DNA of 63,022 nucleotides, counting the filler, from Globobulimina sp. (Eukaryota), in assembly GCA_003354225.1 (NCBI GenBank). It is 30 parts of 30 records of this genome, joined end to end, with 100 filler letters (N's around TTAATTAATTAA, not from the genome) between each part and the next. Parts side by side here need not be neighbours in the genome. Positions count along the whole stretch, not along the records: positions 1 to 2,006 come from PIVH01009810.1; positions 2,107 to 4,112 come from PIVH01009811.1; positions 4,213 to 6,218 come from PIVH01009812.1; positions 6,319 to 8,324 come from PIVH01009813.1; positions 8,425 to 10,430 come from PIVH01009814.1; positions 10,531 to 12,536 come from PIVH01009815.1; 24 more parts are not named here. One strand, written 5' to 3'. The notes beneath the pieces were generated by a model. That model was not told the origin of the DNA and made no database searches. It saw nothing but the letters and a program-made list of their open reading frames with translations. Made by a program: the position numbers and the translations under genes. Position 1 is the stretch's first letter. Each line of letters begins with the position of its first letter. This document shows, piece by piece, positions 1 through 11,971 of the stretch.

Positions 1-367
1 AATCACAAAAATAATTATTGCGAACTATGAATATTGGAAGAATGCATCAAATAAAACCACCATCTCTGCGGTTCCCAAACTAATTGATTTTGGTATGAAT
101 GAATATGAATACCTTATCCTCGCACACTCAAAAACACAATGTCTATATTCCTAAACAGAATGGAGATTGGATGTGAAGCGATCATCAAACACTGTCAGTT
201 ATATGGCTGAGCCAACGTGTATGGTTTCAATGCAAATACAAGAGCCACAACAAAAGGTTGGCTTATTAGCACCAACAAAACAAGTTCAATTTGAAATGGG
301 CCAGGATTCACTATCTGTTATGATTGACGGTTTAAGGCGTATTAAAGGTCAACTTAAAAAATTGTAA
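1..367 (+). CDS. COMMD9: COMM domain protein, COMMD9-like (5' partial, intron 93-158)
   Basis: Spliced translation ...AVPKLIDFEWRLDVKRSSNTVSYMAEPTCMVSMQIQE...QFEMGQDSLSVMIDGLRRIKGQL* matches the COMMD9 C-terminal COMM domain as I recall it. GT-AG intron in phase. Confidence 0.85.
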
Positions 368-486
368 ATATATAATTTTACTTACTCTTATTTCCCACGA
401 TAGGATCATAGAAATACTTACTCTGAAAATTATAAACATCGCATTGAGTCACTTCAAAAAACGTTTTTTAGTGAAATCATTTAAAA

Positions 487-2006
487 TCATTTTTTGTCAG
501 AGTCATTCCCACTGCTTTTATTTCTCTTTTTCTCTTCCTTGTACGAGCCAGTCATGTCATATTTCTTTCTCCTGTCCGGATCTTTGAGCACCTGGAACGC
601 CAGCAACACTTTCTGGAATTTATCCGTTCCTCTTTGCTTTTCGTATTGTGTGTGCTGTTGCAACTGGTCCGGATGATACTGTTTGGCCAACTTAGTAAAG
701 GCTTGTTGTATTTCCCTGGAACTTGCATTTGGTGCAATGCCCAACATTTCATACAATTCAATGAAGCGAATAGCTCTCCTCCCAATGGGTCGGCCCTCCG
801 AATCATAGCCAATGCCGCTGACTTTCTGTGAATACGTTTCTTGTTCATATCGCTCATATGTGTCTTGTGCGGTTCTTTGTTGCTGCCTCGCTATTGGTCG
901 GCTTCTATGTGTGTGAAAGCCCCACGACTTCTCAGCTTCGCGCAATATATCTTCGACTTCTTTTTCTTCCATTTGCTGTCTTTTCAGACGCGTTTGTTGC
1001 GTGTCCAAGGTATGTCCGTGCAGCAGTTTTAGTTTCGATGTAAATATTGGCGATTGCATTATTAGTGCCAGCGTTAAACCAGATGTCAGTGAGAGAATAC
1101 TTGAGGCAATGTCGTGTGTATAGGTGGCATGATCGCAATGTTTAGATGTTTAATTTTAAAGTAAATAAAAAAAACTTACCTCACATTTATGATTGGAAAG
1201 AGCAAAGCAGTCCCAATGGGCAGTACACTGATAGCCGACAATGGCAATGTAACTTTCAAGCAAGGCAAGTATGAGTATATTTTAGGTCCTTGAATGTTGC
1301 CAGAATATCCATGCACAATGCATCGATAACTAGCCTCCGTTGGTATGACATCATTGATTGCATCCGGTTTATCCTTTGCATTCGGTATAAATGGATTAAA
1401 ATATATTATAAACGCAGGCATGTATGCTTTGCGACAATGTAAGTCCACATTGCATTTGATTGTGGGTTTATGCAATCTCTCTCCCAAAGTCACATAATCA
1501 TAGACACGCTGTGTCTCTGTACTCTGTAACCAACTCCGTATTTGTTGTGTGGCTGTGTCTTCCTATAATTATAACAAGATAACATAGAGTTAATTGTCAG
1601 TCAAAATATAATATACATTAAGTGTATCAGGCAGCAAATCGTCGACATGATGCGTCATTCTTTGAAACTGCGTCGGTCCTAAGGGTATGGACAGAAATTT
1701 TGCTTCGTCGCAAGTCAATCGATCAGATGCAATGTATTGCATTTCAGGCTGTGAGGAGGAATAGGAACAGGAGGTACTGGCTTCTCTTATAGCGGGTTTG
1801 TTCGATGAGGTGGATGCATGGTATGTTGATTGTGCTGTTGCATCAAAATGCCAATATGGCACGTAATATTTATGTATTACATGGACGTATTTCTCAGTAT
1901 CTCGTCTGAATTTATGTGGCGCAAACCATTGGCGTTTAGCCCAGATGTTAAAAGTTTCCATGGCGTCGAATTGAGATAAGAAGCATGGTAATGTTGGTGC
2001 TTCAAG
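487..2006 (-). CDS. Multi-exon membrane protein with C-terminal DnaJ (J) domain (5' partial)
   Basis: J domain with HPD: LYEMLGIAPNASSREIQQAFTKLAKQYHPDQ...VLKDPDRRKKYD. An in-phase intron of about 80 nt (GTAAGT...CAAG) joins it to ORF 1176-1493. ORF 1590-1961 is probably a further exon. Confidence 0.7.
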
Positions 2007-2106
2007 NNNNNNNNNNNNNNNNNNNNNNNNNNNNNNNNNNNNNNNNNNNNTTAATTAATTAANNNNNNNNNNNNNNNNNNNNNNNNNNNNNNNNNNNNNN
2101 NNNNNN
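2007..2106. other. Artificial contig-joining spacer (first of 29)
   Basis: 44 N + TTAATTAATTAA (stops in all six frames) + 44 N, recurring about every 2.1 kb (2007, 4113, 6219, 8325 ... 58819, 60921). The contigs between spacers shrink steadily from 2006 to 2002 bp. Confidence 0.99.
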
Positions 2107-2413
2107 AATGTTTTGTATATTTGAAATGCCAAATATGTACACCTGATGAAATTGCTCTTGCTAAATACACAGATTTATACCCAAATGATTTTCTGTATGT
2201 TCTTTTGACACTGTTCTCATTTACTTGAATTGAATTATCTTTACCGGATTTGCGCGTAATCCAACTGTCTGTAATTAAGTTACAATATACTAAAATGCAA
2301 TATGATATTAATTGAGGTATATTAAACTCAAATGATTCACCATGTTCTTTAACAAATCCAAACACCAAAAGTTTAGTTTTTGACGGAACGCATACGAGTT
2401 GGTTTGCTGGCAT
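2107..2413 (-). CDS. Uncharacterised protein, probable B30.2/SPRY-like domain (3' partial)
   Basis: N-terminal LLVFGFVKE...NIPQLISYCILVYC motif resembles the start of the RCC1 gene at 20002, followed by SVYLARAISSGVHIWHFK. Confidence 0.5.
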
Positions 2414-2949
2414 TGTAAATGTGAGTATAATAAAAAAGTGTTAATGACACAAATGGTTTCAATATTATATCTGTTTAAATATGTAACAAAAAAATGGTAT
2501 AAATGTAGAAATACAAAAAATGTGTTGAATAAGTGCAAAAAATATACTATAAATAACAGTTATTATTTATAATATATCTAACTCAAAGTTGGTGCGTGCA
2601 TTTGTATTTGTACGTTGTTGGTGAGGGGCGGTGGTTGGTATCAAGCGGTTATGTTTCGGCGTAACATAAGACTTGGAGTTTGACGTGCAAACAGTGTGCT
2701 AATATAGATGCATATGTGTATATCCTCTTTGAGTGCCATTTTTTTTCATCTGGTTTCTTCTATTTAATGAGTCTCCATTAGATATAATATTATCTGATAA
2801 TACGTATTTGGTTTCCAATGTTATTACGTCCTCTGTCGATATATCTGTTTCCCTTTGGATCGCAAACAGTTAATTAAAAACATATGTTTCTGGCACATTT
2901 ATACATATCAATTGACTTTAAAATATATGTAATTATATAAGGACAATGT

Positions 2950-4112
2950 ATGCAGATTAAATATGGTGACATGTTTGCCGAGGATGAATATATGATATCT
3001 CTACAATTATATCGCTCATTCACCAGCGGTAATATTTCATTTTCATCGCAAGCCACCATAAATAATTACGGCTCCATCACTTGGAACGAACCATATCTCT
3101 GTTTACCATCAACATCGTCCAGTTCTGGTGTTATAATCTCTGCAGATTTCACATTATATAGTACTCCTTCATTAAGTGGTGTTGATGCAGATTATATTGC
3201 ATATTCCAGTAAGATGCAACAATGTCAATACAGCAATGGCACCACACAAACAATTATACATTTTGATATTGGCGATGTAACAGTTTTATATTTGGCGAGC
3301 TGTGATTATGTTGGCTTTATATGCGATACAAATTCGATGAATGCAGATGTTAATATTAACATAAATAAATTAGATATTGCCCTGCTTTTATTTGTGATCA
3401 CTTTATTATTCGTAGGTGGCATACTATTAATAATTGCCAGTTATACGAGTGAGCACAACTGGAAGTCCTCAGATCCTGTCAAATTCGATCATATTATATA
3501 TTTTATTCTATTCTTTTGGACCTCTGTATCTCAGTTGGCATTTATTTTATATTTGTTTGCTGCGGGCATCAAAGATCTATTTTATGTCTGTTTGACACTA
3601 TTTATATTATCATATATCGCCAATATTATTGCTTTGACGCATTATCTGCAGATTTGGAACCATGCGTTGGCGCCGGGTGTGACCAGACATTGGCTGCAAT
3701 ATTGGTCTTGGTTTCTAATTATGATTTGTGTGTGTTTTGGGAATGTGAATTTTGCGTTGGAGCTATGTAATTGTTTGATATTTCCCACCATTGATATATT
3801 TGCAATGCATTTGCCGAGAGCCGAGATTGTGAATGCTCGGATTTATAGGTTTTGGACCAATTCCTTGTGTTTAGATTTGCCTTTTTGTGCTGTGATTGTA
3901 ATTTGCATCTCGCAGTATAATATGAATAGATTTATTGTGTGGAATACATTGATTATTTGTTTGCTTTCCTCTGTCTGTACCATTGTCTTTGCTGTGTTAA
4001 GGAGGTCCTATTCCAATAAGAATCCAGTTGCGATGTATAAGTATTCATTTACATTCAAGCCATTTGAGCATTTATTTGAGTCATATTTCATTCATTCACA
4101 TCAACGGATTAA
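2950..4112 (+). CDS. Multi-pass membrane protein (partial)
   Basis: About 390 open codons with roughly 6-7 hydrophobic segments. Probably has upstream exons. Confidence 0.6.
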
Positions 4113-4212
4113 NNNNNNNNNNNNNNNNNNNNNNNNNNNNNNNNNNNNNNNNNNNNTTAATTAATTAANNNNNNNNNNNNNNNNNNNNNNNNNNNNNNNN
4201 NNNNNNNNNNNN

Positions 4213-6218
4213 AAATTTTGCCAAGTGATCCAAACTTGCACAACGTACTGTCAAGAAAATTATGCAAGGATACTCTTGACCTTGAGCTGAATCGACAGTC
4301 TTGCAGCGAGGTCGAATGCTTGCATTATTCCAAGAGTGTGCTAATAAGTCTTGCACAATTGCAACTGTACCTGCATATGGTGTCAAAATCCTGACGCTTT
4401 CTGGTGGAAATGCTTTCATTACCTTGCAGATATACCATACCAATACTATGGTTTGTCGAATTTGGTTCATATTCATTCGACTTTCTCCATCAACACTTTC
4501 TTCCGTACCACGTACTGCTAAATAAGCCAATGAGAATCCTTCTGTGCCCCAAGGCAAGCACCAACCATTCCAGTCTTTTGCTTTCTGTTGTTCTTCATCC
4601 AATCCAGTTGTAACCTTGCCTCCATAAAAGGCGTCCGATGTAAAATTTCCCATACAAGCTGACTGTCTGAATGTCTTGGTCAACATTTGCGTGATGATCG
4701 TTGGATTAACATTAGCAACTGGTACTTCCAGTTTGTCAATGGCAGATTCCACTGTGTATGGCATAAGCACTTTCTTCATGATTGGTCCAGGATTGTACAA
4801 TCTTGATTGTGTACTAATTGCGTACAATCGTCCCGATGCTGCATGAGCTTGTACCACTGGATCTAATTGCATTGGATCTCCACATAGTACAATCTGTCGA
4901 GCCACTCTCTCTGTCAATAGTCTACAGGCAACAAAACTATCGGTATCCGTAGCATATGATGCTTCATCAGCCAATAATGTTGTAATATTCAATGGCACTT
5001 TGAACTTTCCCAAGTATGCTTCTCCTTGTCTGAAAGTCATTATTATCAAATTGAACTTACATGAATTCATCACGTCTTTGTATAATGACTTCAAATCTTT
5101 CTTGGTCTTTGCAACTATTTTCTTCTGATTCTGTTTCATCTTGTGTCTGACATTCATATCTCGTTCTATTGCAATGAGATCTGTAATTTGTTCAACTGCT
5201 GCCCAACCTCTGAAGTAAGCTGCTCTCGTTTGAATCACCGAAGGTGTTGCATTTTGATCTTTGAACATGTAATAGTTGATTGAAATCCGTTCTACTTGTT
5301 CGTACGGTATTGGTACTCCCAACGCATCAATTGGTGTCAACAATACGACACGATAACGAGGCAAGTCTTGAACTGTAATACCTGATCGTCTTGTCTGGCT
5401 CGCCATTCGTGCAATTCCATATTCCATCATTAGTACAGCTTTGGTGCACAATGAATAAGAGGCTTCACGAGTTGGTGTTATAACTCCTACCACTTCTTGT
5501 TGACGAACCACTTTCTCATCAATGGTTTTAGTGAAACATACTCTGCCCTCGTCATCGGCTAATTTGTCCAATATTGCTTTGGCTAATGCCATCAAAGTGA
5601 GTGATTTCCCCGTACCAGGTGGACCAATTAAACTAATCAATAGCCGTAGTGCTGAAATTCCATCTCCACAGGTTTCTAATGCCGATTCAATAAAAATGTT
5701 TTGTTCTCTTGTCAGTGTAATCTTCTGACCATCTGGACCACCAAAATAATACTGATCTGGCACTGTAGGTAGTGGTGCCATATTGTTTTCAAATGGTACT
5801 CCTAAGAAGGATGCGATACATTTGTTCTTGACACTGTCTTGTACTGGCTTGGCTCCCATCACAGGGTCTCTTTGATCCCTTCTTTTGGTGTTCTTTGGAA
5901 ATGCTTTCTCTCGTTCCAATGCGGCAAAAATATTGTTCTCCATTACCTGCTCTACCATTTGTCTTTGACTTTTGTGACTCATAGCAGGTGTTATTTGGAC
6001 TGCAATCAATGTTGTCTTCCGAATCTTTTCAATAAATGGCATGGCCGACACTGGATTCAATGTGATAGTAATACGGCGTCCCGCAGCTATCATAGCATTG
6101 TCAGCAGGGGGTGGAATGTCGGTGACTAATCTCGGGTCGGGCGTTTGCAATGCAGTAGATGCCCATAAGGGACCCGTAAGGCTGCTAAACATTGTTTCCT
6201 CTCGATATGACTGCTCTA
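4213..6218 (-). CDS. Upf1/DNA2/NAM7-like superfamily 1 helicase (partial at both ends)
   Basis: Motif I GPPGTGKS, II LLADEAS, III LCGDPMQLDPVV, IV LTKTFRQ, then ILTPY and V TVDSAQGQEY. One open frame spans the whole contig. Confidence 0.9.
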
Positions 6219-6446
6219 NNNNNNNNNNNNNNNNNNNNNNNNNNNNNNNNNNNNNNNNNNNNTTAATTAATTAANNNNNNNNNNNNNNNNNNNNNNNNNN
6301 NNNNNNNNNNNNNNNNNNAATAAATAAAACAAAAAAATAATGTGACATGCCACTTTTTATTTTTCAATATCTCAAAAAATGAAGGAATTACAGCCATGTC
6401 AATATTTGGATATATCAGAATTCTATGAACAAGAATGAAAAAATAG

Positions 6447-7605
6447 ATCGTTGTGCTAGAGTTGGGAAATGATAATAAAACATTACATAAATATAAAATT
6501 GTCAATGAATCGGTGTTAGAATGCCAACTGAGATTAGTTGGTGGTGCCATGCAAATGTATGTTTCTGTTGCATTTGATTTAAAAGTATATAAAAACATAA
6601 AATCAATATTGAAACTGTAGATTTGTGAAAACATTGACTGGCAAAACGATTACATTGGATGTTGTTCCATATGATACAATTCAGAATTTGAAAGCAAAAA
6701 TCCAAGACAAGGAAGGAATACCACCAGAACAGCAAAGGATGATTTTTGCGGGAAAAAGGTTGGAAGACGGGCGGACTTTAAGTGACTACAATATACGAAA
6801 GGAATCCACACTTCATTTAGTGTTACGATTAAGAGCGGGTTATCTGTATATTTTGGATGCAAAAACTGGACATATTTTGCAATTAAAAGATAGTGATATT
6901 ATCAGTGATATTGCTATGAAACAGTTAACTGTTTTAAATGAGAAAAAAAATCAAATTTTTAATGATTTAAATGTTGCTTTTATTGAATTAGAATCTGACG
7001 CTGTAAAATTACAATCAAATTTAAATGTGGTTGTACATGGTGAGGAAGATTTGATTTATAAATGTAATTATGTTTGGAATAATTTTGAAGAAATTAGTAA
7101 TTTGATTATTGAAAATTGTGAAACATATTCAAGAGAAACAAGTATTGAATTTATAGATTTTGGTTTGGATGAACTACAGATTGAAACAGTAGTTTTTAAA
7201 TGGTTTACAATAAATATTGTTCCGCTGATTGAGATGAAGTTAAATGCGAAATTGAGTGTAAATAAAATGAAGGGATTTGTGTTAAAGGAAAGAAGTGAGA
7301 ACAATATGGATAAAAACGAATTACATACATTTCGTCATTATGCTGCAAATATTGGTCAATTGGATACAGGGAGAGTCAGTGGAAAACATTGTGATGACAG
7401 TAAATGGACAGTTGATATTTGTTTAGGTGGGCAATTCACAAATGGTGCATTGGAATTTACTGTTAAAAACACGAAAAAACAAAATAAAAATATTTGTGTG
7501 GCACATTCTATTGGTTCAATGGTTATTTTTTCTGGAAATACATATCATTCTGTTTTAGCAATAAACAACGGAGAAAGGATAAATTTGGTGATTTTTGCAA
7601 GCTGA
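6447..7605 (+). CDS. Ubiquitin-like / ubiquitin / 2OG-Fe(II) oxygenase fusion protein (intron 6557-6620)
   Basis: ...[39 protein letters not shown]...[12 protein letters not shown], then about 250 aa ending in H-C-D...H...R ([25 protein letters not shown]...[18 protein letters not shown]). Confidence 0.85.
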
Positions 7606-7678
7606 TATTAATTTTGAATTATAATATTGAGTAAAGACAGCTCTGTTTTTTACATTAATAAATAAACTTTTCCTGACC

Positions 7679-8324
7679 ATGCAAAACGGAAAAATGTCAA
7701 CTGCTGTTGATATAATTGACACTCTACTGGACGGTTTCAACAACGATCACAGCGAAATAAACTCTACCAAACAGCACACAGACAATGCGTCAAATGATAT
7801 GCACGCAGCACTGACTGGCTATGACAAAGCGCAACAAAGTGTGTTTGTAGTCTCTGAAGAGCTGCCAAAAGACACACCAATAGTAAAAGGCCCAGACTTC
7901 AATGAATCACGCTCTATTGATCACATTCTAAACGCATTCCGAGCCACTGGGTTCCAAGCGACCAACCTAGCATTTGCAGTCGATAGAATCAATGAAATGG
8001 TACTTATTTATTTATAAATTACATCCTCGCACATTCCGTTTCTCGTTTATAATAACAAAGATTCATTGGAGAATGAGCGAGGCCGATGCCAAAAAACCTG
8101 AATATGCGGATATGAGCGCACAACAAGTCACAGACACGCGGGCCACCATATTTTTCGGCTTCACATCGAATCAAATATCATCTGGAAACCGCGAAGTTAT
8201 CCGTTATTTGTGTGAACATAATATGATTGACTGCATAGTAACGACTTGCGGTGCCATTGAAGAGGACGTTATGAAGTGTTACAATCCCCCTTTTATTGGA
8301 AAATTCAGTTTGAAAGGAAAGGAG
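7679..8324 (+). CDS. DHPS: Deoxyhypusine synthase (3' partial, intron about 7999-8061)
   Basis: VKGPDFN...TGFQATNL...INEM and [22 protein letters not shown]...[15 protein letters not shown]. Confidence 0.95.
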
Positions 8325-8424
8325 NNNNNNNNNNNNNNNNNNNNNNNNNNNNNNNNNNNNNNNNNNNNTTAATTAATTAANNNNNNNNNNNNNNNNNNNN
8401 NNNNNNNNNNNNNNNNNNNNNNNN

Positions 8425-10193
8425 CGAAAAAAAGATCGCGTGGGATGGCTCAAAAAAGCAGCGCAGCTCCAAAAAAAATTGGGTTTTCCGTCGGTATGTA
8501 ATGTGAGCCAATTAACAGCAAAAAAACGAGCATGAAAACAAATTAATTGTGTAAAAACAGGCGGGGCAAAGGATGTTAACTCGTTTCGTGACAATATATT
8601 AAAAAAGAAACGCATTCCTCAATTGAATTCAATTACATTTGAGGGGATATTCTATGATTATTATTTTGAGACTGAGGAGATCGAAACGGATGACACTAAA
8701 ATGGATATCGATGACAATGACGACAATAAAGAAGAATTAAAAGAAGATTTGCCATTATTTTATCCGTCATACATGTACTCAAAAAGTTATATTCCAAACG
8801 CTTTGCTCATGTCGCAAAGCACGCATATTAGCAATAAAGCCAATGATATGATTGCTGCCGAGGTCGATGACGGTGATTATATTTTTGATTTTCATTTAGA
8901 TGAAGTTGCCACCGGTGACAATAGCGAGTATTTTTTAAACGTCGGCCTGAATTCGAATATCAACGAAGAAGATTTCCAACGAAAGAATTTAAACTTAATT
9001 TGTGTTTTGGATGTAAGTGGTTCGATGGGCTCCGGCTTTTCCTTTGGTGCTGGTTCTGGTAATTCCAAAATGAAAATCGCAAATCAATGCGTTTTGTCCA
9101 TTTTGACTCATTTGACACATAAAGATCGTTTTGGTTTATGTCTGTTCGATAATTCGGGTTGGCAGCAAATCCAATTTCAAGCCATGAAAAGACACAAATT
9201 GAATGTCTTGCAAAGTATAATGGATTGCTATGCCAATGGCGGCACAAATTTCGAAGGCGGCTGGAATTGCGGTATAAAAATGTTTGAGGACGCTCTCAAA
9301 GAAGAATCCGTCTCCGATTCGCTCGATGATTATGAAAATCGTATTATATTTCTGACGGATGCCTGTTAAGTGTATGTTTGATATAATTTTCATATATTTT
9401 TCGTCTTCAAACAGGTCCAAATATTGGTTTGACGAATCCTCATTCATTGATGGGAATGGTCGAAAAGGCAGCAAATGCAAAAAAACTCAATCAACGGATA
9501 TATACAACTTTTGTTGGTGTTGGCTTGGATTTTAATGCGAATTTAATCTCAGAGATAACCAAAGTGCGCGGTGCAAACTATTTTGCAGTTCATTCGGAGT
9601 TTGAATTTTATCAGAAATTGAGTTTAGAATTTGATTATTTTGTATCTCCGATGGTATTCAATTTGAAATTGGTATTACAATCGGAAGGTGGCGAGGTTTG
9701 CATTGATTGTGTTTACGGGTCGAATGATATTAATATCAATAATGGAGAGGTGATGAGTGTGAATACATTGTTTCCATCGCCGCCCGATGAAGACGGCGAT
9801 GTTAAGGGCGGCATAGTTTTAATTAAATTGAAAAATAATGACAAGTCTGGCCATAATTTATTTGTTGAATGTAGTTTTGAAGATAAACAAGGCAAAGAAT
9901 TTAAAAATAAACAAACTGTGAATTTAACCGCAAAAAGTGGCAAAAGTGATGCTGAATTTTATCCAAATGCGGGGACAAGAAAAGGAATATTATTGTCGAG
10001 ATATGTGGTTTTAATGAAAGAATGGATTCGGAAATTTGGTCAAGGCGCAGATATTAAGAAAACATCAGATGAATGGAAAGAAATTTTGAAAAGTTTTCGA
10101 GATTATTTAAAAAATGAAATGGAAATATGTCAGGATAAAACATTGAAACAAGAGCTTAAAATATTAACACAAATAATCAATCCTTCAAAATAA
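8425..10193 (+). CDS. von Willebrand factor A domain protein (5' partial; introns 8494-8560 and about 9365-9414)
   Basis: MIDAS motif VLDVSGSM, GGTNFEGG, IIFLTDA and YTTFVGVGLDFN. Spliced N-terminus IGFSVG|GAKDVNSFRDNI...ITFEGIFYDYYF. Confidence 0.85.
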
Positions 10194-10613
10194 TAATCTT
10201 TCTTTTTTTAAAGTTTGTGTCGTGTAAAATTTTAATTATTATAACAATAAATTGCGATTCTAATCGTCAACAAAATCAGCGAACTTAATTGACTTTTTAA
10301 ATAACTGACTCACTGCAAATTCCATATTATTACAAAATACCACCGCCAGCTTCCCAATGATGAATCAATTATGTATCGCATAGTCAATATGTTTTAATGT
10401 TTATCAATACCAAAATCTATAAACCAAAAANNNNNNNNNNNNNNNNNNNNNNNNNNNNNNNNNNNNNNNNNNNNTTAATTAATTAANNNNNNNNNNNNNN
10501 NNNNNNNNNNNNNNNNNNNNNNNNNNNNNNGGTTATCTTTTGGAATATATCGTTAAAGCATCTAAATACGTATAGTCAAAGTTTTTGAGGACGTAGTGTT
10601 TCTGTGGAAAAAC

Positions 10614-11892
10614 ATGGCTCTTATCGTCGCCTGTAGTTTTATAAGATTTATGTTTGATGTCACCAATTCAAAGGATATGCCAACAGTTCACCTTTCGAAT
10701 GCTGCGCGTGGTGGCACAAAAATGCCCGTTGTGCGTTTAGGTGCGTATATGGTTCTATTGATGTACTATTAATAACAATACGTACATTGATAATTAATAT
10801 ACGTTTATAATAGGAACTGGTGGTTATGGTGCAGCTAAAAACGAATCAGCCGGACATCCCGAAAATTGGAATGTAACCGAAGGATATATCAATGCAATAA
10901 AATGGTTACAACTCGGCGGCACAGGCTTTGACAGTGCAAACCAATACGAATCTTGGCCTGGTGTCGCAGCCGGAATTCTTAATTACACCCAAAATTGGAC
11001 AGTAATTCCTCGCGAAAAAGTCTGGATTACTTTTAAGACGGTATTAGGATATAATAATTCAATCGATACCTGGCGAAAAGGAATAAATATGTTCAATACC
11101 ACATATTTTGACTTATTATTACTTCATTATCCCTCACAAAACACTTCCAATACGTATCATTACACTGACCTTGTTTGTAATGGACAAAGTACTGAATATA
11201 ATGCGACATTATGCAGAATATCCACATGGAAAGCTTATGAATGGATATATAATGTATGTACAGTACACCTATGTATTTTGTTTAATTATTTAACATTAAT
11301 ATTGTGCATAGAATGGCGGTGCAAAAGCAATTGGAATTAGCAATTTTCAGTCAGCGCACCAATTGCAAGATATTATTGATATGAATGGCTTACTTCCCGC
11401 AGTGCATCAGTTTGAATTTCATGGCTATTGGCATGAATATCAACTCGTTGCAACTGGACAGAGCTTGAAAATGACAATAAATAGTTATGCACCTTTAGGA
11501 ACTCCAGATATGTGCGTAATTTATATTAATTTTGAAATAAATGTCTTTTTGGCACTTATTTACTGCAATTGCGTCAAAAAGATATTTTTAAATGTTGTGA
11601 TTATCAAAATAGAGAACTTGGAAATTGGTATGCACCGACACCATTGTTAACTATTCATCCGATTGCAATCCAAATCGGTGAGAAATATGGGAAAAGTGCG
11701 GCACAAATATGGCTACGATGGCAATGGCAACAAGGAATTGTGGTCAATCCACGTTCGTGGAATGAAACCCATATGAATGAGAATATGGATATATTTGATT
11801 TTGAATTGAATGAGGAAGAAATGTTAGAATTAGCCTCTATTAAACCACCATCCGATCCCAAAATATGCCCTAATTATGTAAATTATCCCTAG
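10614..11892 (+). CDS. Aldo-keto reductase family protein (multi-exon)
   Basis: KMPVVRLG|TG, FDSANQY, WITFK, DLLLLHYP, AKAIGISNF, SYAPLG, KYGKSAAQIWLRW and ENMDIFDFEL. D/Y/K/H catalytic tetrad present. Confidence 0.9.
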
Positions 11893-11971
11893 ATTGTAGA
11901 TACCAGACACTCATAAATAATTTATATTTTCTTGCTCAATAATTAATACTTTGAGCAAGTACTCAAAAACC

